32,000 nucleotides of DNA, from NCBI RefSeq assembly GCF_000940845.1, contig NZ_CP010341.1, positions 1,800,001 through 1,832,000 of the forward strand, written 5' to 3'. Positions 8,185 to 17,125 of the stretch are shown here, piece by piece. This DNA is from Propionibacterium freudenreichii subsp. freudenreichii. Its GTDB lineage: Bacteria; Actinomycetota; Actinomycetes; Propionibacteriales; Propionibacteriaceae. Numbering within the stretch: position 1 is the first letter of the stretch; every line of letters starts with the position of its first letter. The notes beneath the pieces are model-generated. The model was not told the DNA's origin and ran no database searches. It saw nothing but the letters and a program-made list of their open reading frames with translations. The position numbers were made by a program, and so were the translations under genes.

Positions 8185-8743
8185 GGACCCGTTCCATGTG
8201 GTGGCGTTGGCCGGGGACAAGATGAACCAGACCCGGCAACGAGTGCAGCGGGAACTCACCGGCGGCCGGGGCCGCCGCGACGACCCGCTCTACAAGGCCC
8301 GCCGCCTCCTCCACACCGGTATCGGTCTGCTCACCGAAAGGCAGAACACTCATCTGGATGCGCTGTTCGCCACCGATGACCACGCCGAGGTCGAGATCAC
8401 CTGGAGCGTCTACCAGAACATCATCGCCGCCTACCGCAACCCCGACCGGACCGCAGGGAGGACGGCGTTGTCGAGGCTGATCGACGCGATCAAGACCGGC
8501 GTCCCGAAAGGGCTGGAGGAACTGGCCCAGCTGGGGCGGACCCTCCACAAGCGCCGCTCAGACATCCTGGCGTTCTTCGACCATCCGGGCACCTCGAACG
8601 GTCCAACGGAAGCGATCAACGGCCGTCTCGAGCACCTCCGCGGCATCGCGCTCGGGTTCCGGAACCTGGCCAACTACCGACTCAGGTCACTCCTCGAAGC
8701 CGGCGGCTTCAGACCCCTGCTCCACTCATTTCTGTGAAGAGCC
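8185..8743 (+). pseudogene. ISL3-family element remnant (3' third of transposase plus right IR)
   Basis: The reading frame from 8186 (DPFHVVALAGDKMNQTRQRVQ...GPTEAINGRLEHLRGIALGFRNLANYRLRSLLEAGGF) parallels residues DPFHVVQLAGD...GPTEALNGRLEHLRGSALGFRNL of the full ISL3 at 12750-14185. It ends in ttctgtgaagagcc (ISL3-type IR). The 5' two-thirds are missing, replaced by IS3. Confidence 0.85.
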
Positions 8744-8834
8744 CGATTCAATATCGCGATTGCGAGAGCCAGCGACCCGGCGGCGGCCCCGACGCGCAGC
8801 TTCCTTACCCGCGGGACCACGCCAGCCAAACCAA

Positions 8835-11810
8835 TCAGTTAGACAGGACCTGTTTGATCAGCGAAGCGATATCATCGCGGTGCACCTGATCGCGGAACGT
8901 CACATCGATATCTTCCGAGCTCATCGCCTCGAAGAACCGTTGCGCCGCCGTCATCCTGAGCTTCTCGCTCTCGCGGAGGTCGGAGCGCTTCTTGACGTCC
9001 TTCGTCTCGATGATGAAGTTTAGGGACAGACCGCCGTCCTCGCGTTTGAGCACGTACATGAAGTCCGGGCTCGTGGTTCCGCCGAAGTACATGGGGACCT
9101 TGATCGATCGGCGCGGGATCTTCCCGAAGACGATGACCGCGTCGAGCTTGGAGTCGCGGATCGTGTCATGCTCCTTCGGTGAGTCATACACAAACGCGTC
9201 GTACAGGAACTTGTCCGGAACGATAGCCTTTTCGTCGCGGAAGACGCCGATGTTGCCCTGCGTGATGCTCTCGAGCGGGGCACCATCTGCATCGGTGAGT
9301 TCCGTGCCGAGTACGAGCCCCTCGATCTTCGAGTACGTGAACCGCTCGAGGTAGTTACGCTCCATCCACTCCGTGAACCCAGCAACAAACTCATGCAGGG
9401 TCGCCTTGTTGAAGAAGTCGGCGGGGAGGCTCTTCTTCGCGTCGAGGCGGACGAGCCCCGCGTGGACACGATCGATCGGCAGTCCCGTCTGAGCACGGAC
9501 ACGCTTCAGCCAGTCGCCGTACGGCATCGTCTCGGTTGCGTTGAAGACCTTCTTCGTCTCCGTCCGAACCTCCAGGGACGAGCCCTCGTCAGCCTGCACG
9601 ACGACATCTTGCGCGAATCGACCGAACTCCTGCCGGTAGATATCAGCGCCCAGCACCTCGTCGATGCACTCATCGATCTCGCCGGCCGCGAGCTCGTCGA
9701 GGCGGAGGTAGTACTTGGCGTTCAGCGTCTCCCAGAGGTCCTTGAGCGCGGAGTACCGCTCGGAGCGAATGCCGACCTTAACCTTCTGATTTCCCTTCAC
9801 CACCTTGTCAGGCTTCAGGCCCGTCTTGTTGAACGCGGGGTAGGCAGCGAACAGGTCATCTTCGCGCCCCGGTACGACGTTCTTGTCGGGATCGACGAGC
9901 CCCTGCTGCAGGAGCTCGATGAAGAGTTCCGTCTCCGTCTTGCCGAGCTCGTCGGCGACCTTGGGCAGTAGCTCCTTCACCTTGGCTGGGCCCACGGCGA
10001 CGTCGGAGTTGATCTCGTCGACGAGAGACTCGGCGAACTTTTGCTCCGTGTAGTCGATGAGGTAGGTGAGGTAGAACTGCTCGCCCGCGAGACGAGTGCC
10101 CTTCGCGTCCACGGGCAACCGGAGGCCACGGCCCACCTCCTGGAGCTTCGAGATCTCCGACCCGGACGACCGGAGCTTGACGATCTGGAACACGTTCGGG
10201 TTGTCCCAGCCCTCACGGAGCGTCCACTTCGAGAACAGGAATCGACGAGTGTTCGGCGCACCGTTCGCCGTCTCGAAGGACAGCATCGCCTCCTTGTTGC
10301 GGAGGATGTCGTCGACCTCTCGCTGGATGGCCTCGTCGGTTGTGGAGTTGTCCGCGGAGAAGTATCCACCGTTCGCCGCCTCGACGTCAGCGAGCGACGC
10401 CCGCAGGTAGGCGACATACTCCTTCGCGACGGGCGAGGAGTCGCCCTCGCGCTTCTCGATCTCCGCGGTGAGCCGTGCAGCGAGGAGCTCCTCGAAGCGC
10501 TGCCTGAGGTGCCCTTTCGAACCGTCGCTGCCGCGATAGGACTCGATCGAGTCGATGAAGAACAGGGTGAGCGTCTTGACCCTGGACGAGCGGCGGAAGT
10601 TCTCCCACTCGGTCTCGAAGTGGTTGTCGAGTGCCTGCCGCATCATCAGGCTCTGATAGGTGTCGGAGTAGACCCGGGCCGAGAGGATGTCCCCTGTCCC
10701 CAGCGCCTGACCGTTGGACAGCGTGACGCCGGACTTGATCGTCGGGTTGTCGGTCCTACCGATCCCCTCGATTGTGATGCCCGCGAATGCGCGGTCCGCA
10801 ATGCCGAGGGACTCCCCCATATCGAAGGTGAGGGACTTCCCCGTGCCGATGTTCTGGAACGTCGCCTGCTTCGGCTTGCGCGCAGAGACGCTCGTGAGTT
10901 TCAGGCGCGTCGTATCGCTGCTGCTGTCCTGTGGGTACTGGACCTGGACGCCCTTGACCAACTGCTCGTTAAACGACTCGACGGCACCGAGGTTGAACAC
11001 GAGGTTGTTGTAGTCGGTCTTCCCCGTCTTGCCGAGCTCCGGGAACGTCGCGCCGAAGCGGAAGACCGCCAAGGGCCGGATCTCGTCGATGAGCGTCTGA
11101 TACGCCTTGTTGTCGCGTCGGAAGCGATGCGGCTCATCCATAATGACGATGGGGCGAGTCCCACGAAGCGCCTCGTAGGGGACACTGGTCGTGCCGAGCA
11201 CCGTCTGGTCGTAGTCGAACGCCATCGTCTTCTTCGACTGCAGCATGCCGTCGGTCATGAGGAGAGCGGAGATCCGACCAGGCGAGAGCCGCGAGCCGTG
11301 CACGAAGTTGACAACCGAGTTCGGCATCATCTTCCGCCCCTTCGATCGCTTCTGCGGATCGAGGACATCGAGGCGCAGCTCCATCTGCGGGCCGTACGCA
11401 TCAGCGAAGTACTGGCGTGCGTAGTCCGACCGGATGAACGCCTTCGCGCCTTCCTTGATCGGTGTCGAGGGCACGAGAAGGATAAACTTCGTGAAGCCGT
11501 AGAGGCGGTTCAGTTCGTACATGAGCTGCGTGTAGACCAGCGTTTTGCCGGTGCCGGTCTCCATCTTGGCGTCGACCCCGAGAACACCGTCATCTACGTG
11601 TCCCCGCCATGGACGAGGGATCGCAGCAATCCCGTCCACAACACCCGACTGGATCGCGTTGATGTTCTCGCGAAGCTGAGGATCCGCCGGGTCAAAGGCG
11701 ATGTTCGCCGCGGGCGGGGTACTGGTGTCGAACTCCACGTCCCTGAAGACGCGGGTCAGCGCATTCAGCGCACGCTGCTGATGTTCCAGAGTCTGAAGTC
11801 GGATCTGCAT
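8835..11810 (-). CDS. res: type III restriction enzyme Res subunit (SF2 helicase plus C-terminal PD-(D/E)xK nuclease), 991 aa
   Basis: Motif I KMETGTGKT. Motif II VIMDEPHRF (DEPH). C-terminal SPDFMYV...FIIETKDVKK nuclease-like motif. Starts 3 nt after the mod stop (tga ccc atg). Confidence 0.9.
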   Translation of the reverse strand: MQIRLQTLEHQQRALNALTRVFRDVEFDTSTPPAANIAFDPADPQLRENINAIQSGVVDGIAAIPRPWRGHVDDGVLGVDAKMETGTGKTLVYTQLMYELNRLYGFTKFILLVPSTPIKEGAKAFIRSDYARQYFADAYGPQMELRLDVLDPQKRSKGRKMMPNSVVNFVHGSRLSPGRISALLMTDGMLQSKKTMAFDYDQTVLGTTSVPYEALRGTRPIVIMDEPHRFRRDNKAYQTLIDEIRPLAVFRFGATFPELGKTGKTDYNNLVFNLGAVESFNEQLVKGVQVQYPQDSSSDTTRLKLTSVSARKPKQATFQNIGTGKSLTFDMGESLGIADRAFAGITIEGIGRTDNPTIKSGVTLSNGQALGTGDILSARVYSDTYQSLMMRQALDNHFETEWENFRRSSRVKTLTLFFIDSIESYRGSDGSKGHLRQRFEELLAARLTAEIEKREGDSSPVAKEYVAYLRASLADVEAANGGYFSADNSTTDEAIQREVDDILRNKEAMLSFETANGAPNTRRFLFSKWTLREGWDNPNVFQIVKLRSSGSEISKLQEVGRGLRLPVDAKGTRLAGEQFYLTYLIDYTEQKFAESLVDEINSDVAVGPAKVKELLPKVADELGKTETELFIELLQQGLVDPDKNVVPGREDDLFAAYPAFNKTGLKPDKVVKGNQKVKVGIRSERYSALKDLWETLNAKYYLRLDELAAGEIDECIDEVLGADIYRQEFGRFAQDVVVQADEGSSLEVRTETKKVFNATETMPYGDWLKRVRAQTGLPIDRVHAGLVRLDAKKSLPADFFNKATLHEFVAGFTEWMERNYLERFTYSKIEGLVLGTELTDADGAPLESITQGNIGVFRDEKAIVPDKFLYDAFVYDSPKEHDTIRDSKLDAVIVFGKIPRRSIKVPMYFGGTTSPDFMYVLKREDGGLSLNFIIETKDVKKRSDLRESEKLRMTAAQRFFEAMSSEDIDVTFRDQVHRDDIASLIKQVLSN

Positions 11811-11813
11811 GGG

Positions 11814-12749
11814 TCAGTACCGCTCGATCACCGAGACGGTCTGCCCCGACCGAAGCGACGTGAGATTCTGCTTCAGCTCGTGCATGACCGAGAACGGCAC
11901 CGAGTACCCGAAGACGACGAGACGCTTCAGATCGAGCTCACCGGCCTCGAGCTTGGCCACGAGCGCCATCACGTCGTCGCTGTCGAGTCCCGACTCGATG
12001 ACGTAAGCGGAGTCCTCGCAAACCTTCAGCTTGTAGTCATCGAGCCCCACGTCGTTCACCTCAGGCGTCAGGCCGAAACCGTCCTGAACGAGCCAAGTAG
12101 AAAGCGCGACCTGGTCTCCCGGCGTCCCGTGGGACGCAAACTTCGACACGAAATCGCCAGCAAACATCACGCCGTCCTCATTAGGATCGAAGGCCTGAAG
12201 CTGATCGAGCGTCTTCTCACTCGGCTTCTCGAGACGGAATAGACGGAAGCCGTAGTCGATCGTAGCGTTCGACTGATTCTGAATCTGTTCCGCTGAAGCC
12301 TGGATCCGCATCCGGCCAAGCTGGTCGATGGTATCGAATCCTGCCGTCGCCGCTTTCGTGCCGGGCGCTACCTTCTCCGGCCACTGGACTGCAATGTGGC
12401 GACGTGTCCCCGCGTCCTCAGCATTCAACTGCATCACCGCATGAGCGGTCGTTGCCGACCCTGAGAAAAAGTCGAGAACCAGCGCGTCGTCGGGCGCGAA
12501 CGAAACCAAGTACTTAATCAACGGGACAGGCTTCGGATATGGGAAGGGGCAACCCATCTCGGCAAGCGCGTTTCCCGCTGTCTCGACCGTCCCCAGATTC
12601 ATGAGCACGGTCAGAATGTGCTGTTGGTCCGCACGCCGGATCTTGACGTTGTCGATGGCTCCCGTGTTCGTGAGTTCGAAGACCGTGTCCTGCCCCTTGG
12701 AATCAACAACCGGGGCATACTCGCCAGCAATGAAGCTCCGCAGCAAAGC
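11814..12749 (-). pseudogene. mod: type III DNA methyltransferase Mod, C-terminal part (split by ISL3)
   Basis: ..LLRSFIAGEY...PYPKPVPLIKYLVSFAPDDALVLDFFSGSATTAHAVMQLN (AdoMet motif I FxGxG). Joins 14186..15213 in frame after removing the IS and one TSD copy (1028 + 928 nt = 652 codons). Confidence 0.88.
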
Positions 12750-14185
12750 GGCTCTTCACGATTGAGGGTGTAGTTGGGGTCTGAATCCTCCGGCCTCGAG
12801 GAGACTGCGGGCAATGTAGTTCGTCAGGTTTCGGAAGCCCAAGGCTGAGCCGCGCAGGTGTTCCAGTCGGCCATTGAGGGCTTCTGTCGGGCCGTTGGAG
12901 GTGTGGGGGCGCTCGAAGTAGGCCAGGACGTCTGTGGCGCGCCGCTTGAGGGTGCGCCCCAGGGTGATGATCTCAGCGAGGGCGGCGGGAACGCCGCGGC
13001 TGATGACCTCGATGACGTGGGCCAGCTGGGCTCGCCCGGCCTTGGGGTCGGGATCGCGGTAGGCGGCCACGATCTTCTGGTAGATGCCCCAGGTGGCTTC
13101 CACCCCGACGTGAGCGTCCTGGGCGAAGACGCCCTCCAGGCGGGTGCGTTGCTTGTCTGTGAGGAGATCCATCCCGGTGTGCAGGGTCTTGCGCACCCCG
13201 TACAGGGGATCCCCGGACCGGCCTCGATGTCCGGTGGTGTCTTGCTGGACGCGCTGGCGGCAGTGGTCCAGGGCATCGCCGGCGAGCTGGACGACGTGGA
13301 AGGGATCCATGACCTCCACCGCGTCGGGGAGTTCTTCCTTCGCTGCGGTCTTGAACCCGGTGAAGCCGTCCATGGCGACCACCTCAATCCGGTCGCGCCA
13401 CGCAGGGTCTTGCTGGCTGAGCCACTCCTTGAAGGCCTTCTTGGAGCGGCCCTCCACCATGTCCAACAACCTGGCAGGACCCCTTCCCTCGCGCAGCGGG
13501 GTGAGGTCGATGATCACGGTGACGAACTTGTCGCCCCTGCGCGTGTGCCGCCACACGTGCTCGTCCACCCCGATCGTGGTCACACCCTCGAAGCGATGCT
13601 CATCGTTGATGAGGACCCTGCGTCCCTCCTCCAGGACGGAGGTGTTGGCGCAGTCCCAGGACACGCCCAGACCCTCAGCGACCCGGGCGACGGTGAGGTG
13701 TTGGACGACGATGCCCGCCACGGGCCCAACGCAGTCCGCCCCGGGACAGTTTCGAGCGCGGCTGGGCCGCCCCAGTGGTGTCCTGCCTCCACACACGCCC
13801 ACACCCCGAACAGCGGTAGCGACGCACTCGCACCACCAGTGTCACCGGTCTCCAGCCCGAGGGCTCGTGGGCGAGGCGACGGACCACGGTGTCGCGGGGG
13901 ATCCCTTCGCACCCACACTCGCGACACCACCGGTCATCGTCCACCACCCGGCAGGCCACCTCGCAGCGATCCGGGAGGACTCTCTGGCCCACCACCACGA
14001 GGCCGAGGTCATCCAGGCGGGCGAACGTGGTCAGATCGGGGGCAGCAAAGGTAGCGTGGGACACGTCGGGGTCTTTCAGATGGGCAGCGTAGGAACTCCC
14101 ATCATCGGAAGACCCCGACCCTCACACCCACCCCGACACGCCAGCCAGACTCAACCCCCCGCTACACCCCGGATCGCGAAGAGCC
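12750..14185 (-). mobile_element. ISL3-family insertion sequence (1436 bp) inside mod
   Basis: IRs ggctcttcacgattgagggtgtagttgggg (12750->) versus reverse complement of the other end ggctcttcgcgatccggggtgtagcgggggg. Perfect 8-bp target duplication agcaaagc at 12742-12749 and 14186-14193. Confidence 0.92.
12756..14064 (-). pseudogene. ISL3-family transposase, frameshifted
   Basis: The N-terminal zinc-finger part (13675..14064: ...CRECGCEG...YRCSGCGRVWRQD...SRGGLRWA) and the DDE part (12756..13802: ..VAGIVVQHLTVARVAEGLGVSWD...) are in different frames. The switch is near tgggcccgtggcggg (about 13735-13750). Confidence 0.85.
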
Positions 14186-15213
14186 AGCAAAGCACCGTTG
14201 GCCCAGCCGGTCCGTGCCGTCACTCGGTTGATGAGCTTTCCTCCCGCGATAACCAAGTCCACGTCGTAGTTGGGAAACTTGTCGGTTCTCGCGGGGATAA
14301 TCCCTTCGTCGAAGCCAGCTGGAAACCCGGGTTCCAGGACGATCTCGGAGACAGGGTTCTTGGGACCATTCTTGACGACCGAGTTGCGGATCTCGTCGTT
14401 GAACAGCTTGCTCTCGTCGGACAGGTTCGGGTCCTTGACTCCGGCGATGAACATGTCTGGCACACGCTTCGCATACATGTGCACGTACTCGTGATTGATC
14501 TTGACTGTCGCCTGGTTGTCAAGATTCCCATCGGTCCGCCACGCGAAACTCGCGACGAAATTCTGTTCGCCGAACACCTCATCGCACAGCGCCTTGAGAT
14601 TCGCCTGCTCGTTGTCATCGATGCTGATGAAGATGATGCCGTCGTCAGCGAGCAATTCTTTCGCAAGCTCGAGTCGGGGATACATGAAGGTAAGCCACGC
14701 CGAATGCGACGACTTGCCTTGGAGCGCCATCACCCGCTCGGCCTCGTCCTCGTCAAGACCCACCTTTTCGACCAGGTCCTTCGCCGTGAAGCCGAAGTCG
14801 TCGACGTAGACGAACCCATCGGAACCCGTGTTGTACGGCGGATCGATGTAGATGCACTTGACCTGGCCCGCGTACGACCCCAGTAGGTGCTTGAGCGCAT
14901 CCAAGTTGTCACCGACGATGTACAGATTTTCCGACTCAGCGTTCGCCGCCTCAGCGTTGTGCTCGAGGTCAGGGACCATGACCGTCTCGGTCCGCGTCGA
15001 GGTCAGGTACTTGGCGTAGGACTTCCCGAGGAACTTGAGCTCGTAGCCTTCCCTCGTCATCGAAACGTCCGCGGAACTCAGCGCCTCCTGAAGGCGGTCG
15101 AGCCTGAAGCCGCCATCCTTGTCGAAGTACTCCGGCAAGACCGAGCGGAGGCGTGCCAGCTCAAAGTCGTTCGGCTTCGTGGTCTCGTTCGCTTCGTGCG
15201 CGTCCCTGATCAC
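14186..15213 (-). pseudogene. mod: type III DNA methyltransferase Mod, N-terminal part (split by ISL3)
   Basis: GTG start 15213 overlapping the TGA of mini-ORF R3. Catalytic motif IV CIYIDPPYNTGSDGF. The ORF track reading (14122..15213) runs on into the ISL3 IR. Confidence 0.88.
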
Positions 15214-15269
15214 TTCTTACCCCCAGACGTAATTCCCGTACGGAACTCCACCACGATTCGATCGCTCAT
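15210..15269 (-). repeat. ychF 3'-end copy R3 = 19-codon mini-ORF MSDRIVVEFRTGITSGGKK*
   Basis: 39/45 identity to ychF 17122-17166 over the core. Its ATG overlaps the TGA of the 312-aa ORF (ATGA). Its TGA overlaps the GTG of mod (GTGA). Confidence 0.85.
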
Positions 15270-16204
15270 AGTCCGAAATACTCCTTAAATCTCTGCCACA
15301 AGCTGCGATCTTCAGCACCTTCGCCGTGAGGCGCTGCCTGAACGAACTGCACGAAATAGGGCGTGCCGAGTATCACTCGACTCACGAAAGCTTCGCGGTT
15401 GGTCGACGCCGGCCCCCAGTTGAGGTAACTAACTTCAGCACCATCACCGGAGGTCGGGCAGTCGTGTACATCCAGACACATGAACGCAATTTCAACGTTC
15501 TGCTCACGAGAGTCGCTTAGAAGGTTTCTCGCCGCCAGGGCATAGTAGGGATCTCGCAACCAGCGTTCGTCACTATCCTCGCGCTCCTCCCCCAGCATCT
15601 TCGCTCTGAGGAGTTCGAACAGGTGCTCCGTTTGCGATCCACCCCGCCAGTCGGAAACGCTCCCGCCAAGCACCGTCTTAAGCTGACCTTCTGCCGTGCC
15701 GCTGAGCACCACCCAAGTTACGGATTGCGCTTCGTGCACGGGAAGGGTGTCTGGGATCTCAATCAGCCAAAGCCCAAGCCTGGGCGCATCCTCGAGCTCG
15801 TGCGGTTCTCTGAAATCATCATGGGTTCGGATGGCGAAACGGGTTGCTCCTCGGAAGTGATAATCGCGCCCCGGCTCGAACGCGGCACCGCGTTGAGCCG
15901 CAAGTGAGTGCGCTGTCACGTCGGCGAGAACCTCGGGCGCGACCGCGAGGAGCTGACTACGATCGGTGCGGTCGGATACTACGTTCGACTTCACTCCAGC
16001 TTCAAGAGCCCCGCTCACGATGAGACCACCCACGACACCAGCTGGAGAGACAGCGCCGACCCCTTTGGTCTTCGTGCTCGCGCTGTACGAGTGATCGGCG
16101 ATCGTGTGCCTACCAGCGATTAGCGCATCGGCAACCTTGTTTAGCCCTACGTAAAAAGCTCGCGACTGATCAAAGGACGGAGCACCCTCCATGTCGAGTC
16201 TCAT
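15266..16204 (-). CDS. hypothetical protein (312 aa), no recognised family
   Basis: ATG 16204 overlaps the TGA of mini-ORF R2 and is preceded by ctggggggaagaa (SD-like). Gly/Ala-rich hydrophobic stretch GVGAVSPAGVVGGLIVSGALEAGV near the N-terminus. Lower-GC island DNA. Confidence 0.6.
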   Translation of the reverse strand: MRLDMEGAPSFDQSRAFYVGLNKVADALIAGRHTIADHSYSASTKTKGVGAVSPAGVVGGLIVSGALEAGVKSNVVSDRTDRSQLLAVAPEVLADVTAHSLAAQRGAAFEPGRDYHFRGATRFAIRTHDDFREPHELEDAPRLGLWLIEIPDTLPVHEAQSVTWVVLSGTAEGQLKTVLGGSVSDWRGGSQTEHLFELLRAKMLGEEREDSDERWLRDPYYALAARNLLSDSREQNVEIAFMCLDVHDCPTSGDGAEVSYLNWGPASTNREAFVSRVILGTPYFVQFVQAAPHGEGAEDRSLWQRFKEYFGL

Positions 16205-16260
16205 TTCTTCCCCCCAGAGGGTATTCCGCTACAGAACTCCACCGCTTCACGCTTCGTCAT
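16201..16260 (-). repeat. ychF 3'-end copy R2 = 19-codon mini-ORF MTKREAVEFCSGIPSGGKK*
   Basis: 36/45 identity to ychF 17122-17166 over the core. Its TGA overlaps the ATG of the 312-aa ORF (ATGA). Its ATG lies within the last 14 nt of the 292-aa ORF. Confidence 0.85.
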
Positions 16261-17125
16261 CAGGATTACTCAGCCCCCCGGCCTCGGTTCCGATGGACCG
16301 GTCCGAGTGCGCAAGCCTAAGTTGTCCGTCGACGAACTGAGCGATTCGTCGATCGAATCGCTCACCGTGCTTGACCTCACGTCCACCAAAATAGTCTCCG
16401 GACTTGTCTCGCCAGACGAAGGCTTCTGAGAGTCCGTTCTGATAGATCTTCAACAACTGCGGGACGCCGCCGACTGTGCGGACATCGGCGTTATCAATCA
16501 GCCGCTGAAGCACCTGGAGGGGTTCCCAGTCGAGATTCGCCCTCCGCGCCTGCTCGGCTGCCTCCGGATGACCACTGAGCGGACGCGGTGCATTCTTCTC
16601 GTTGAGAATCTGGTAAAGATTCGCCCTAGCTTCCTGGCTAGCGTCACCTGCGAAATAAACCCCGTATGCAGTCGATTCATTCAAGTCACTAATAGACTTC
16701 ATCACCAACTCACCGCGACTGTCGTAACTATACGAGTACGCTTCAAACCGGAGGCGACGCCAAGACCACCCGAATAGCACGACATCGAGGTCCGGAACAT
16801 TAGCCGTCATTTGGCCCCAGGGAAGATCTCCGACGTCTTGACGGCTATCCGCATACAGGTCTCGCAGCTTGTTGGCGAGATATCGAATGTCAGTGCGCCC
16901 GATTTCATTGCCATCAAGTAGCAAGCACGCGTTCATCGCCTGAAGCACGAATGCATACGCCGTTGTTGCGTGTCCTGACATCGCTATTGCAGTCGCCGGA
17001 CGGGGAAGCGGGACAAGCTTGGGGCAACGGTCCCAGCTCTCACCACCGCTCAGTCGAGAGTCACTCACCGCGACCAATTCGCCGAGGGTCGCGTTCCTAC
17101 GAACCCACAACGCAACGAGTGTCAC
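16247..17125 (-). CDS. putative Ntn-hydrolase, HslV/proteasome-beta-like N-terminal domain with about 100-aa C-terminal extension (292 aa)
   Basis: GTG 17125 overlaps the ychF TGA (aagaaGTGAcactc). N-terminus M-TLVALWVRRNATLGELVAVSDSRLSGGESWDRCPKLVPL resembles E. coli HslV [23 protein letters not shown]...KKVRRL (recalled from memory). Thr follows Met, with an Asp about 20 and a Lys about 34 residues later. VYFAGDASQEARANLYQIL is comparable to AIGSGGPYAQAAARALL. Confidence 0.55.
   Translation of the reverse strand: MTLVALWVRRNATLGELVAVSDSRLSGGESWDRCPKLVPLPRPATAIAMSGHATTAYAFVLQAMNACLLLDGNEIGRTDIRYLANKLRDLYADSRQDVGDLPWGQMTANVPDLDVVLFGWSWRRLRFEAYSYSYDSRGELVMKSISDLNESTAYGVYFAGDASQEARANLYQILNEKNAPRPLSGHPEAAEQARRANLDWEPLQVLQRLIDNADVRTVGGVPQLLKIYQNGLSEAFVWRDKSGDYFGGREVKHGERFDRRIAQFVDGQLRLAHSDRSIGTEAGGLSNPDDEA

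Noticed and set aside
11735-11752. gaactccacgtccc near the res N-terminus, resembling ychF gaactccaccacgtcccc
   Set aside because: The match is short with a 3-nt gap and lies inside the res coding frame (RDVEFD), with no additional flanking similarity. It is likely codon-level coincidence (D-V-E-F).
10041-12242. 733-aa plus-strand ORF, and similar long ORFs at 12858..14054, 13144..14886, 17650..18915, 19277..20449 and 19665..20666
   Set aside because: All are mirror-strand ORFs opposite genes with clear family motifs (res, mod, ISL3 transposase, ychF, aminopeptidase, rmuC). Their compositions are Arg/Leu/Gly/Pro-biased with no recognisable motifs.
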